The translations under genes were made by a program, and so were the position numbers. Below the pieces are notes generated by a model. The model was not told where the DNA came from. It did no database searches and saw nothing but the letters and a program-made list of their open reading frames with translations. A DNA stretch of 64,000 nucleotides from Cyanophyceae cyanobacterium. GTDB lineage: Bacteria > Cyanobacteriota > Cyanobacteriia > Cyanobacteriales > Laspinemataceae. The stretch is taken from assembly GCA_038321985.1 (NCBI GenBank), contig JBBQFN010000010.1, positions 64,001-128,000 on the forward strand. Direction: 5' to 3'. Positions 10,877 through 21,201 of this stretch are shown piece by piece; within the stretch, counting starts at the first letter, position 1; every line of letters starts with the position of its first letter.

Positions 10877-12085
10877 ATGCATATCGCTTGGCTTGGAAAG
10901 AAAACTCCTTTCTGTGGCAATGTTACCTACTCTCGTGAAGTCACCAACGCGCTATTAGACCGAGGGCATCAGGTTAGTTTTTTCCATTTCGCTCAACCCG
11001 AAGGGGAAGAAGAAGAAGAAAACCTGCACGAATTAGAGTCTGACCTGGCCCTCAAAGCCGGTAATGGTTGGCCGGTTGCCGCCTGTGAAGTGTCGTTGCC
11101 TTGTCTTTATAAGTCCACGATTTACACCATTCCTACCCCTAAATCGCGAAAGGTGTTGACTCAGGCATTACGGGACCTTAGACCGGATTTAGTTCATGCC
11201 TCCCTTACCCTGTCCCCTTTGGATTTTGTACTTCCGGAGATTTGTGAAGAGTTAAATCTGCCCTTGGTGGCAACATTTCACCCACCCTTCGCACACCAAC
11301 GATCGCTGCGATCGGGACGGCAACACCTGCAACACTTGACCTATCAATTGTACGCACCCTTTCTACCGAACTACGATAAAACCATTGTCTTTTCCCAGCT
11401 TCAGCGCGAGTTACTGCGGAAACTGGGGGTACCCAGTCAGCAAGTGGCGGTGATTCCGAATGGGGTAGATGTTCAGAAGTATTCTCCGGGATATTCTCAG
11501 ATTAAGTATGAACTAAACGCCCAGCGTCTGTTTGTCTATCAAGGTCGGATCGCGATGGAAAAAAATGTGGAAGCCCTCCTCAAGGCGTGGAAACAAGCTG
11601 ACCTCGGTCCGGGTTGCAAGTTAGCGATCGTCGGGGATGGTCCCTTGGCTCCCTCTTTGCAGAGCTATGCGGGAGGGGAACACAATGTGGTCTGGTTAGG
11701 ATATATAGGCGATGAACACCGCCGGATCGAGATTTTGCGCGGGGCGGATGTATTTATTTTACCCTCATTGGTGGAAGGACTTTCTCTCTCCCTTTTAGAG
11801 GCGATGGCTTGTGGTTTGGCCTGTATTGCCACGGATGTTGGTGCGGATGGAGAAGTGCTCGCCGACGGTGCGGGGGTGGTGTTAAACGCTCAAGGCGTAA
11901 CCACTCAGCTCAAAACTCTACTGCCCCTGTTTAAGGACCAGCCGGAGTTCATTACGCTGTTGGGACAAAAAGCCCGTCAGCGTGTCCTTGATCGCTATAC
12001 CCTCAGCCGGAATATTTCCCAGTTAGAGGCGATGTACGAGGAGATTTTACAGGAGCGTCCGGTGCAAGTGAGTCAATGGGCATAA
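10877..12085 (+). CDS. dgdA: GT4 glycosyltransferase, likely digalactosyldiacylglycerol synthase (DgdA/Ycf82)
   Basis: GT4 motifs IPNGVD, GRIAMEKN, PSLVEGLSLSLLEAMACG. The N-terminus MHIAWLGKKTPFCGNVTY is recalled as the cyanobacterial DgdA type, so the symbol is less certain than the family. Confidence 0.65.
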   Translation: MHIAWLGKKTPFCGNVTYSREVTNALLDRGHQVSFFHFAQPEGEEEEENLHELESDLALKAGNGWPVAACEVSLPCLYKSTIYTIPTPKSRKVLTQALRDLRPDLVHASLTLSPLDFVLPEICEELNLPLVATFHPPFAHQRSLRSGRQHLQHLTYQLYAPFLPNYDKTIVFSQLQRELLRKLGVPSQQVAVIPNGVDVQKYSPGYSQIKYELNAQRLFVYQGRIAMEKNVEALLKAWKQADLGPGCKLAIVGDGPLAPSLQSYAGGEHNVVWLGYIGDEHRRIEILRGADVFILPSLVEGLSLSLLEAMACGLACIATDVGADGEVLADGAGVVLNAQGVTTQLKTLLPLFKDQPEFITLLGQKARQRVLDRYTLSRNISQLEAMYEEILQERPVQVSQWA

Positions 12086-12308
12086 GATAAGATCCCGGTT
12101 CTGGTGTGGGACTATCGGAGCCCTCGCCCGCTCGTGCGGGCTATTTTTATGGGCGATTGTTCGAGGGATTTTTAAGAACGATCGCCTATTTACGAGTGTT
12201 CTGCTGTTCGATATACAAAATCTGCCCGGTTATACAGCCGGTTTACGGTTGGGCTTAAGTTTTAACTGATGATGTTGCAAAAAGCCCACCTCAAAGCGGG
12301 CTTTTTTC

Positions 12309-13097
12309 TTATTCTGAAGGAGCGGTTTTTTCCGTCAATCGTTGCGCCGTTCGTAGAATTTGTCCGGCTAAAATGGCGGCCCCATAACCATTATCAATAT
12401 TAACTACTCCGACACCCGCCGCACAAGAATTGAGCATGGTTAATAAAGGGGCTAATCCATTGAAACTTGCCCCATAGCCGATACTGGTGGGAACGGCGAT
12501 CGTGGGTGCATTGGCTAAACCTGCCACGACGCTCGGTAATGCGCCTTCCATGCCAGCGACGACGATCAGGACATCTGCCTCAGCGATCGCCCGCCAACTG
12601 GCAAGTAAGCGATGAATTCCCGCTACCCCGACATCCCAATACCGCTTGACTTCAAATCCTGAGAGTTCGGCCACAATCGCCGCTTCCTCCGCTACCGGGA
12701 GGTCCGCAGTACCGGCGCAAAGAATACCGATTTTGCCCGGATATTTAGGAGAAGACGGTGCGATCGCTGTCGAACAGATCCGAGCAGTGGGATAATAATA
12801 CAATCCATGTACCCGTTCCTCAATCTGTGCAAAAACCTCCGGAGTAATTCGGGTTGCCATCACCACCGGATTATGATCGCCCATAGAAAGTATAATATCT
12901 GCGATTTGTTCCGGGGTTTTCCCTGGACCCCAGATGGTTTCAGGAAAGCCGGTGCGTAATGCCCGATGGCGATCAATTCGGGCAAAATCCCCCACCGGCT
13001 CAAATCCGAGATATTTTAACTCTTCTACCGCAGTCGATGGACTGACTTTACCGGCTGCAACGGCTTCTAATAGGGACTGGAGCGTTTCGGGATTCAT
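12309..13097 (-). CDS. larB: LarB/CpmA family PurE-like protein
   Basis: ARIDRHRALRTGFPE, AGTADLPVAEEA, DVGVAGIHRL, VAGMEGALPSVV, VPTSIGYG, VNIDNGYGAA. Confidence 0.9.
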   Translation of the reverse strand: MNPETLQSLLEAVAAGKVSPSTAVEELKYLGFEPVGDFARIDRHRALRTGFPETIWGPGKTPEQIADIILSMGDHNPVVMATRITPEVFAQIEERVHGLYYYPTARICSTAIAPSSPKYPGKIGILCAGTADLPVAEEAAIVAELSGFEVKRYWDVGVAGIHRLLASWRAIAEADVLIVVAGMEGALPSVVAGLANAPTIAVPTSIGYGASFNGLAPLLTMLNSCAAGVGVVNIDNGYGAAILAGQILRTAQRLTEKTAPSE

Positions 13098-13170
13098 GGG
13101 TTGGGTGTTAATCGTTCGGTGCCATTGAGTTGAGGGTTTTTGCCCTTAGAACTGTTATTTTACCAAACAA

Positions 13171-14934
13171 TTATTCCTGTAGTTGCAATTCATAAATATT
13201 CCAAAAGGCTCCCCCAAGGGTAGAATATTTCACCCCCTGTACCCGGTCACGAACCGCCGTCATCGAGAGTTGATTTACTAACTGAATTACAGGTAAATAT
13301 TCTTGGGTAAGGCGTTGGGTTTCTGCATAAATTTCCTTACGTTTAGCCTCATCAATTTCCTGAGAAGCTCGGATATAAAGGTCCCCAAGTCGTCGTTCCC
13401 AATCTGAAATTTCTTGTCCCACTAGGGGCGTTTGGCCGGTTTGGCGAGGCTGATTGAACATATGTAGTCGCCCTTCCGGAGACCATAAATTGGAGGACCA
13501 ATGGGGTTCGGTCCCCCCTCCAAACCCAATAATTAAGGCTTCCCAATCCAGAGAATCAGATAATTTGGTAATTACAGCGTTCCAGGCCAGGGGTTGAAAA
13601 TCTACTTGAATTCCGATTTGACTCAAATTTTGCTTAATTTGAGCACCCATTGCTTCGCGAATTTTATTTCCAGCATTGGTAATGAGGGTAAATTTCACCC
13701 GATTACCTTCTGCATCCAAAAGTTGCCCTTGGTTATTATAAGTAAATCCATCTTCTTTTAGCAGTTCTCGGGCTTTATCCAGATTATAATCGTAGACTTT
13801 TAGGCCCTCTTCTGGGGAAAGATAATAAGGACTTTGGACCGAAATTTGAGAGTTTATGGGTTTTCCCAGACCTTGGAAGGTATTCTCAATCATGGTTTCC
13901 CGGTCCGTTGCATAGGCGATCGCCTGCCGGAATTTTACGGAATTAAACCACCGAGACTTAATTGGATCAACCAGGGGACGATTGGTATCCTCCAAGCGAC
14001 CTTTATTCAAATTAAAGGTCATAAAGGTAATCCCGGGCGCTGGTTCTAGTTCATAGAGAATTTTAAAGTTTTTTTGTTCTTCTTGCTTTTTGAGCAAGGG
14101 AAAATCTTCGGGTCTGACCGAAACACTATCCAAAATACCCGATAAAAACTGGACCACGCCGGTATCTTGAGACTCGACAACTTCCCAGGCAATTCTATCA
14201 ATATAGGGCTGAGGATTGCGCCAGTAATAAGGATTTTTTTCAAAGAAAATTCGTTCACTGGGCCGGTAACTGGCTAATTTGTAGGGACCATTAACAATAA
14301 TTTGCTCGGGGGGCGTATTAATGCCCCAGGTTGATAGAAAGATCGGATTTCCTTCTTGATCTAGGGTTTCCACCGATTCCCGGAGAACATGAGCGGGCAA
14401 AATCGCTAATCCCGATGCTCTTAGGAAGGGGGCAAAGGGTTCGACAATCGTAAATTCTACCCGGCGATCGTCTAGTTTTTTGACGGTAGGAAAAGCGCGA
14501 CTTTCTCCTATTCTTAAAACGTCGGCAATACTGCTGGGAATTTTGCTATTAAAATAAATATCGTTATAGGTGAAAACGACATCATCAACGGTCAAGGGTT
14601 GACCATCAGACCATTGCAAATTTTCCCGTAATGTAAAAATAATTCGTAATCTATCGGGGGAAATTTCCCAGGATTTGGCTAGATTGGCTTCGACTTCTCC
14701 CGTGACTGGATTTTCAGTGACTAACCCTTCGTAAGTATATCCAAAAATATTGGGAGATTCTTCACTCAGTGCGTAGTTAAAGGTTTTGGGGTCGCTGAGA
14801 ATACTCAACACTAACGGGGTCGGTGCTGCCTCAGTTCGGAATTGGGCGGGATTACAGGAGGATAAAGAAATCCCAACCAGAACTGTGAGGGCCATTGCAA
14901 CACCTTGTCGCCAATAGGTTTTAATCATAATCAA
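13171..14934 (-). CDS. ABC transporter substrate-binding lipoprotein (family 5, peptide/nickel type)
   Basis: Lipobox LSSC; DPKTFN, WSDGQPLTVDDVVFT, NGPYKL, FRQAIAYA. Confidence 0.9.
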   Translation of the reverse strand: MIMIKTYWRQGVAMALTVLVGISLSSCNPAQFRTEAAPTPLVLSILSDPKTFNYALSEESPNIFGYTYEGLVTENPVTGEVEANLAKSWEISPDRLRIIFTLRENLQWSDGQPLTVDDVVFTYNDIYFNSKIPSSIADVLRIGESRAFPTVKKLDDRRVEFTIVEPFAPFLRASGLAILPAHVLRESVETLDQEGNPIFLSTWGINTPPEQIIVNGPYKLASYRPSERIFFEKNPYYWRNPQPYIDRIAWEVVESQDTGVVQFLSGILDSVSVRPEDFPLLKKQEEQKNFKILYELEPAPGITFMTFNLNKGRLEDTNRPLVDPIKSRWFNSVKFRQAIAYATDRETMIENTFQGLGKPINSQISVQSPYYLSPEEGLKVYDYNLDKARELLKEDGFTYNNQGQLLDAEGNRVKFTLITNAGNKIREAMGAQIKQNLSQIGIQVDFQPLAWNAVITKLSDSLDWEALIIGFGGGTEPHWSSNLWSPEGRLHMFNQPRQTGQTPLVGQEISDWERRLGDLYIRASQEIDEAKRKEIYAETQRLTQEYLPVIQLVNQLSMTAVRDRVQGVKYSTLGGAFWNIYELQLQE

Positions 14935-14974
14935 AAGGCTCTCCCTGTTTTTTTAGGAATTTCTGGATGATTTT

Positions 14975-15475
14975 TTATTGTAGCGAAGAGGGGGTGGATT
15001 GAGCGACTAATAAGGTGACTGCATAGGCGGCAATTCCTTCTTCTCGTCCCACAGGACCTAGTCTTTCATTGGTTGTGGCCTTTATTCCGATGCGATCGCT
15101 CTCGATGTTTAATACTTCAGCAAGGCGATCGCGCATGGCAGAAATATACGGTTTCAATTTCGGTCGTTCGGCGACCACAACCGAGTCAATATTCCCCACT
15201 TCCCACCCTCGTTCTCGAATCAGTTGATGCACCTGGGCCAACAATTTCAAGCTATCAGCCCCCGCCCATTTCGTATCACTAGGAGGAAAGTAAAGTCCAA
15301 TATCTCCTAAACTTAACGCACCGAGCATTGCATCCATAATGGCATGAGTCAGGACATCCGCATCGCTATGACCTAATAATCCCAAGTCATGGGGAATCTT
15401 GACCCCGCCCAGAATCAAGGCGCGATCGCTAACCAGTTGGTGGATATCATACCCATTACCAATCCGAATGTTCAT
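14975..15475 (-). CDS. ispF: 2-C-methyl-D-erythritol 2,4-cyclodiphosphate synthase
   Basis: [30 protein letters not shown]. Confidence 0.97.
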   Translation of the reverse strand: MNIRIGNGYDIHQLVSDRALILGGVKIPHDLGLLGHSDADVLTHAIMDAMLGALSLGDIGLYFPPSDTKWAGADSLKLLAQVHQLIRERGWEVGNIDSVVVAERPKLKPYISAMRDRLAEVLNIESDRIGIKATTNERLGPVGREEGIAAYAVTLLVAQSTPSSLQ

Positions 15476-15670
15476 CTTCTGGTTGTTTTGTTTTAAGGTA
15501 AAGTTAGTTTACCAGATTTGTCCCCCTAGAGGATAGTAGATTTTTTATAAAATTTAGAATCGATTAAGCGTTATCGCTAATCCGGTTCCTATGTAGCGCG
15601 TCTAAATCATTCGGATCATAAAACTGAGGAGTGGTAAGGAGAGGCTTCTCTTCCTCAATTTTATATCTTC

Positions 15671-16696
15671 TTATCTGATTTGAACTTCAGCCCCCATCAC
15701 TCGAGTGTTATCCAACTGGTTACCAACTACCCTTAAGGTTGGCGCTTGTGCCGTATTATGAATGTCATAACGACGATTATTTTTAAAGGTATTCTTTCCC
15801 GAAACCGTTTCCGTTCCTAAATCCGGCTGGGATTCACCGATCGCCACTAATCCATCCCGGCTATTATCGGCGATCGTATTATCTCGCAAAATCGGGCGGG
15901 CCGAATGAGAAATCACTAACCCATCAATATTATTACGAATCTGATTATTCACCACCAAGGGGGTAGAATTGCCGCCGATCGCCAAGCCAAAGCCGGTATT
16001 TTCTATTAAATTATCCCGAATTTCTCCCGATGCTTCATGGGTGAGAGAAATGCCATTGCCCCCATTTTCAAAAATGCGATTATTCTCGATGCGCGGGGTT
16101 CCAGTTCCGGTTACAAATATTCCTTCGCGATGGTTTTGGGTGGTGGTACTATTGCGAATGGTGGGAGCACTAGATTCCACCCAAATTCCCGTTCCCGATT
16201 GATGGGGATTCGTTACAGTTACTCCAGCAATTTCTGTGCGATCGCCCGGGAGGAGGGTTACTTTTTGCTTACCCCAGGTGGGACTGAGATAATCGCCACC
16301 GCCGATAATAATAACACCTTCCCCTTGCTGTTTTTCGTTGCCGCGCAGGGTCACTCCCGGTTTAAGTTTTAAGGGGAAGGTTTCGCCAGTTTCTTCGCTG
16401 TATTCACCTGCGGCTAATTGAATGACGGTCCCCGGAGAGGATTGGGTTAAAGCATAGGCGATCGTGCGGAACGGTTGGGTTTCTCTATCTCCTGCGGAAG
16501 GGGTATCCGTTCCTTGGGTTGAGTTGACATAAAGAATCTGCTTGAATGCAGGAGTCCGTCTGGGGAACTGCGGAGATTTTAACCCGATGGGAGGATTTTC
16601 TGTCACGGGTCCTTTCTCTGGGGTGACGATGAAAACACAGCTACTTAGGGATAAGGTGAATAAGGCAAAGGCGACGGGCTTAATTCGATTTAACAT
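15671..16696 (-). CDS. DUF1565-type parallel beta-helix lipoprotein
   Basis: Lipobox LSSC; PFRTIAYAL, GEYS...GETFPL and repeated I.NN.I..N..GI beta-helix turns. Confidence 0.8.
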   Translation of the reverse strand: MLNRIKPVAFALFTLSLSSCVFIVTPEKGPVTENPPIGLKSPQFPRRTPAFKQILYVNSTQGTDTPSAGDRETQPFRTIAYALTQSSPGTVIQLAAGEYSEETGETFPLKLKPGVTLRGNEKQQGEGVIIIGGGDYLSPTWGKQKVTLLPGDRTEIAGVTVTNPHQSGTGIWVESSAPTIRNSTTTQNHREGIFVTGTGTPRIENNRIFENGGNGISLTHEASGEIRDNLIENTGFGLAIGGNSTPLVVNNQIRNNIDGLVISHSARPILRDNTIADNSRDGLVAIGESQPDLGTETVSGKNTFKNNRRYDIHNTAQAPTLRVVGNQLDNTRVMGAEVQIR

Positions 16697-17075
16697 TTTT
16701 CCTTACTTTTCCTGAAAAGATTAATTAAAGGGTTTAATGGGTCAGATAAGCGGGTGTTATAACTGACGGACTATTTATAGGGGTGAAAAGTTGCGAAGCT
16801 GGCACTTAGCCGGGAGTTAGACCGTCTGTAAAATATCATCACCCAGGCTATCATGCCAGATGCCAACTTCTAAGGGAGCAATTTGTAGCCGTGACGCTAC
16901 TCGCGAGTGCCTGTGTTGCAAATCACCAAAAGTTTGATACCGCGATCGCAACTTTTCAGAGATTTAGATCCGGTTTTTTTGTGCCTTCGATCGCTAGTCT
17001 ACTCGGATCTCGATCGCCTAACTTTCTTTAAAAAAGTTTCATAATAAAAATACAGAGTTTTAGGATACTAATGTT

Positions 17076-17303
17076 ATGAATACCTCTATTAAACTACTTC
17101 CCCATGCTATCTCCGAACTGATGGCCCAAGTGAGCGCCACCCGAAAAATCACCCTAGCTGATCGATATGGACTGATGGCGGCTATTTTAGAAGAATCCCT
17201 CGATGAGCAAGATAGATTTTCGATTGACCGACTCCTGAGAGCTTTACGACGAGGGCGACTCCAAGTGGTTGATGAGATTTCTTCTTTACTCTTTAGTGGA
17301 TAA
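17076..17303 (+). CDS. Small conserved cyanobacterial hypothetical protein
   Basis: 75 aa with AGGA RBS; ITLADRYGLMAAILEESL.E..R.SIDRLL pattern. Confidence 0.7.
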   Translation: MNTSIKLLPHAISELMAQVSATRKITLADRYGLMAAILEESLDEQDRFSIDRLLRALRRGRLQVVDEISSLLFSG

Positions 17304-17395
17304 ATTTAACGAGTTCCACTGAAGCGCTGTTGCCCTTTCCTATAGCTTACTATCTATCATTATAAGTGGGGGCCTCCAAACTATTAAGCCGGCCA

Positions 17396-18412
17396 TTATC
17401 CAACTGCGGGTTCTAACAGTTGAATTGTCCCCTGGGTGGCGTCAATTTCTACCTCAACTCCCACAGGAACAGTAAATTTATCTCTAATATGACCGATGGC
17501 TGACCCATACCAGGCGGGAATTCTCAGGGGTCGGATCAAATCGGATAAGACTTGGGTTAAGGTCAAGGATGCTTCATCGCCTTCCCCGGCTTCACAGCGG
17601 ATACATTCGGCAAAAATAAACCCCGAAATTTTATCGAGAATTCCGGCTAATTTTAACTGGGTTAACATTCGATCAACCCGATAAATATCTTCGCCAATTT
17701 CTTCTACAAATAAAATTTTATTCTCCCAATCGGGTAAATAAGCAGACCCTACCATTGCGGCTAAAACCGATAAATTCCCACCGACTAATTGTCCTCTAGC
17801 TGTACCCCCGGTAATCGTTTGAGGGCTTTTCAATGGGGGATTTTGCATCCGCACGGGTTCTGCATCAAGCAAGATGCGCTGAACGTAATTAACGGAAAAT
17901 GGATTCCAATCGGAGGTAGCAACAGGACCATGAAAAGTAATGATTCCACTGCGGGCATAAATGGCGAGTAGTAAGGAGGTAATATCGCTATAGCCCATAA
18001 TAATTTTCGGGTTTGAACGGATGAGTTCATAGTCTAATAAAGGCAAAATTCGACTGCATCCCCAACCGCCGCGCATGGTTAAAATGCCCTGTACAGCGCG
18101 ATCGGCAAACATCGCATTGACATCAGCGGCGCGATCGGCATCTTGACCCGCAAGATAGCCATATTCATCGAGCAAATGTGTTCCTAACTTAACCTTTAAT
18201 CCTAGGGAGGCTAGTTCTTTTTGAGCATATTCAATATCTTCTCCCTCAATGGGACTAGAAGGGTTAATTAAACCCACCGTATCCCCTACTTTTAGCCGAG
18301 GGGGTTTGAGGATAGAGGGAGAGTTTGCTGTAGCAATACTTGCGCTTGGGATCTGAGTAGCGATCGCACTCAATCCGCAGAGGGTGAGAAAATGACGGCG
18401 ATTCCAAAACAC
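17396..18412 (-). CDS. LD-carboxypeptidase (peptidase S66) with Tat signal
   Basis: NRRHFL twin-Arg leader; RGGWG, GYSDIT (Ser), GGNL, FVEEIGE (Glu), IGH (His). Confidence 0.9.
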   Translation of the reverse strand: MFWNRRHFLTLCGLSAIATQIPSASIATANSPSILKPPRLKVGDTVGLINPSSPIEGEDIEYAQKELASLGLKVKLGTHLLDEYGYLAGQDADRAADVNAMFADRAVQGILTMRGGWGCSRILPLLDYELIRSNPKIIMGYSDITSLLLAIYARSGIITFHGPVATSDWNPFSVNYVQRILLDAEPVRMQNPPLKSPQTITGGTARGQLVGGNLSVLAAMVGSAYLPDWENKILFVEEIGEDIYRVDRMLTQLKLAGILDKISGFIFAECIRCEAGEGDEASLTLTQVLSDLIRPLRIPAWYGSAIGHIRDKFTVPVGVEVEIDATQGTIQLLEPAVG

Positions 18413-18738
18413 TTAAAAACCCGCTCAGTTTTAATAAAAAAGAGATCCTGTTTATTATAAAGGATTGCGATCGCATTGAGGGTTTTAAGTCTAAGGAGAC
18501 TCCTTCAGCATCCTTACTTGGGTTTTGTTAAGGCAGTGGGACTTCCAAAACCTTCATCATAAACGGCCTAGTTTAGCCCTTGGACCCTTCTAAGATTGCG
18601 CCTAAACTCTCATTTTTCAGCGCCCTGCACCAAGGTGATTGCCTGAGAAGGGGACTTGACTCTTGTCAATCATCCAGTTTCCGATTATCCTATTTTAGCC
18701 TTTATCAATTTAAGGTAGAATAGCAAGGAGGTCTCTGG

Positions 18739-19011
18739 GTGAATAAGTCAGTTTTTACGGAAAAATATACGCGGTTTCGGCGACTCCTAATCGAAATTCG
18801 TCAATCCAGTAAGTTAACCCAGGTACAAGTGGCTCAAAGACTACATAAACCCCAGTCTTTTGTCTCAAAGTATGAGCGCGGAGAACGTCGTTTAGATGTA
18901 GTGGAGTTTCTGGAAGTTGCTAAAGCACTTGAAGTAAATCCCTCCGAGTTACTGAATCAACTTGATCGCCCAGCTTGTGATCGGGGTTCGACAAACCTAG
19001 GGGAATTTTGA
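18739..19011 (+). CDS. XRE-family helix-turn-helix regulator
   Basis: LTQVQVAQRLHKPQSFVSKYERGERRLDVVEF; AAGGAGG RBS before the GTG start. Confidence 0.9.
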   Translation: MNKSVFTEKYTRFRRLLIEIRQSSKLTQVQVAQRLHKPQSFVSKYERGERRLDVVEFLEVAKALEVNPSELLNQLDRPACDRGSTNLGEF

Positions 19012-19243
19012 AAGCGGCGATCGGGCAGTCGCATCACCTTACATGAACCCCCTTGTTTAATCTCTCGTCAATTTTTCAGTAATTCCGGCATTAGGAACTT
19101 TTTAAGCCAAACGACTTTGGAATAAGGCGGGGTGAAGCACTCAGGCAACCCCGATTCCACCGGAACCCAGAGACTAGGAACTGAAGGGCGATCGCGCTTA
19201 AGCGGTGACTCATACTCCGTGATATATTTAACAAATAGAGGCC

Positions 19244-20092
19244 ATGTTGAAACGAATTAAAAAAGTTTTTTATTCTTCGGAATTAAACAAGTCTTACTTA
19301 CTTTTATTTGTAATGCTGTTTCTGACTATTTTTTCTTCTTACTCTTGTATCAACGGCTTATGGATTAATTCAGAAGTCTGTGGGGTGTGGCTAGAGGAAC
19401 TTTCGATTAATTTGATTGCTGAAGTCACTGGTATTTTATTAGTTTTATTTTCCGTTAATAAAGCGGTTAGAGAAGGAAGAGAAAAAGAAAAAAATAAATT
19501 TAAACAAATTGCTTTTAGGCAGTTAAAATTTACGATCAGAAAGCAGATTTATTTATTTTTTGAAATTCTTAAGGCCTCAAGTAAAGAAAAACCTGATAAA
19601 GAATATAAGAAATTAGATGATTTATTTGATGATATTTATTTTCGGGAAGTACAAAATTTAGACCTGTTAAAAAACGCTCCTGTGATAGCCCCGGGAGGGG
19701 AACCAATGGACTGGCTGGATTACCTCGTCGATGAAAGTATGAACTTACGAAACGCTCTGGGGCGAGTGGTGGATCGCTATGCGTTTTATCTGGAATCAGA
19801 GGTGGTTGATTTAATGGAAGAAATGACTAATGCCAGCTTTATTCGCTTTCTCACTTCTTTGTGGGAAGCCAAACGATTAAATGGATTAACCTCCCAGGGG
19901 GATTTACTCATTGTCTGTGAGGATATGTTCCGAGAGTACGCCGATTCTTTGGTTAAGTTAGTTAAATTTTACAATGAAAATGTCACCAGCGATCGGCAAA
20001 TTATTATTGATGAGCAGCAATGGCAGGAATGGTGGAACCATAAAGGCAGACCCCAATTAGGAGACAGCCGCATCAAAGTCGAGATTCAATAA
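19244..20092 (+). CDS. Hypothetical protein with two N-terminal TM segments
   Basis: 282-aa ORF with GAGG RBS, two hydrophobic stretches and then a soluble helical domain; AT-rich 5' half. Confidence 0.7.
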   Translation: MLKRIKKVFYSSELNKSYLLLFVMLFLTIFSSYSCINGLWINSEVCGVWLEELSINLIAEVTGILLVLFSVNKAVREGREKEKNKFKQIAFRQLKFTIRKQIYLFFEILKASSKEKPDKEYKKLDDLFDDIYFREVQNLDLLKNAPVIAPGGEPMDWLDYLVDESMNLRNALGRVVDRYAFYLESEVVDLMEEMTNASFIRFLTSLWEAKRLNGLTSQGDLLIVCEDMFREYADSLVKLVKFYNENVTSDRQIIIDEQQWQEWWNHKGRPQLGDSRIKVEIQ

Positions 20093-20649
20093 TTAATTAT
20101 AACTTAGTTTACCTCTCAAAATCCGGTGTAATACGGTTTACCTCCACTAGGAAGGATGGGTTGTAACTGTTGCAAAACCCAGGTTTTTGTGAGCTTTTTT
20201 CTGCACCAATCGGTGAGGGTTCCAGCACGTTTGATACATACATTTGACTTGGAGACTGTATCCCCAACCCCGGAGGTACTGTCTTTCGTGATTTCAAAGG
20301 GGACTAAGAATGGCGAATGTCAGGACTCCCCTATACCCTGGGACAATTCGTTCTATGCAGGGGGCTAAATTTTTCGGGGTTATGGAGGGTCCGGCGATCG
20401 CAAGAGTCCCGATCTACCGAATTGACTTCACTCCCTAATTTTGACCCGATCCAATGCCGGAGTTGGGGACTGAAAGAGGCTGGATGGTTTCTTTGCTACC
20501 ACGGGGTTTTGTAGTGCTTGCTACAGCTAAGTTCACACCTAGAAACTTGCTGAATTCCTCCCCTGTTTTTCAGGGGGTTAAAATTGATACAACTTCACTT
20601 TTTTTGTGCATCTATAACTGATAGATGTCGTAGTGTTCAGGTTAGTGAT

Positions 20650-21111
20650 ATGGCCGGAGTCCTCAAGCTCGATATCCAAGAAACTATTGAAGACCTTAAA
20701 AGCCTCTTGGCTAAACAAACAACCGCCAGAGGTCGAGAAAGAGTTCAATCTTTGTATTTACTAAAAGTCGGCCAAATCAGAACCCTAAAAGAACTTTCTA
20801 TTTTATTAGGGCGAGACACGGCCACTATTTATCGATGGTTTCAGAAGTACAAATCCCACGGATTACCGGGAATGCTGGCTGTAAAAAAAGGTCAAGGTCG
20901 AAAACCTGCCATTCCTCCGAATATTATAGAGCAATTAAAACAGAAACTTCAAGGGAATGAAAGGTTTAACAGTTATGGGGAAGTGAAACGGTGGCTCAAG
21001 GAGGAATACGGAGTGGAAGCCTCCTATAAGGTGGTGCATGAAACCGTCCGTTACAAACTAAAATTCAAGCTCAAACCTCAGCGCAAAAAAAGAGTGAAAG
21101 CCTCCTTGTAA
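20650..21111 (+). mobile_element. IS630-family transposase N-terminal (HTH) ORF without a DDE domain
   Basis: MAGVLKLDIQE...RERVQSLYLLK...TIYRWFQKY...GRKPAIP...FNSYGEV..WL.EEYGV..SYKVVHETVRYKLK resembles cyanobacterial IS630 orfA. No catalytic ORF follows. Confidence 0.7.
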
Positions 21112-21201
21112 ATATACGCTTTACCCTTTTTTTTAAGGTGACTTGTCGGGGAGTAGTCCGATTCCCCCCGCCTGTCATTGAATTTCTGTTCCTGAAACTT
21201 T

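Noticed and set aside
20520..21200. Complete, active IS630 element
   Set aside because: No DDE catalytic ORF follows and no terminal inverted repeats were evident.
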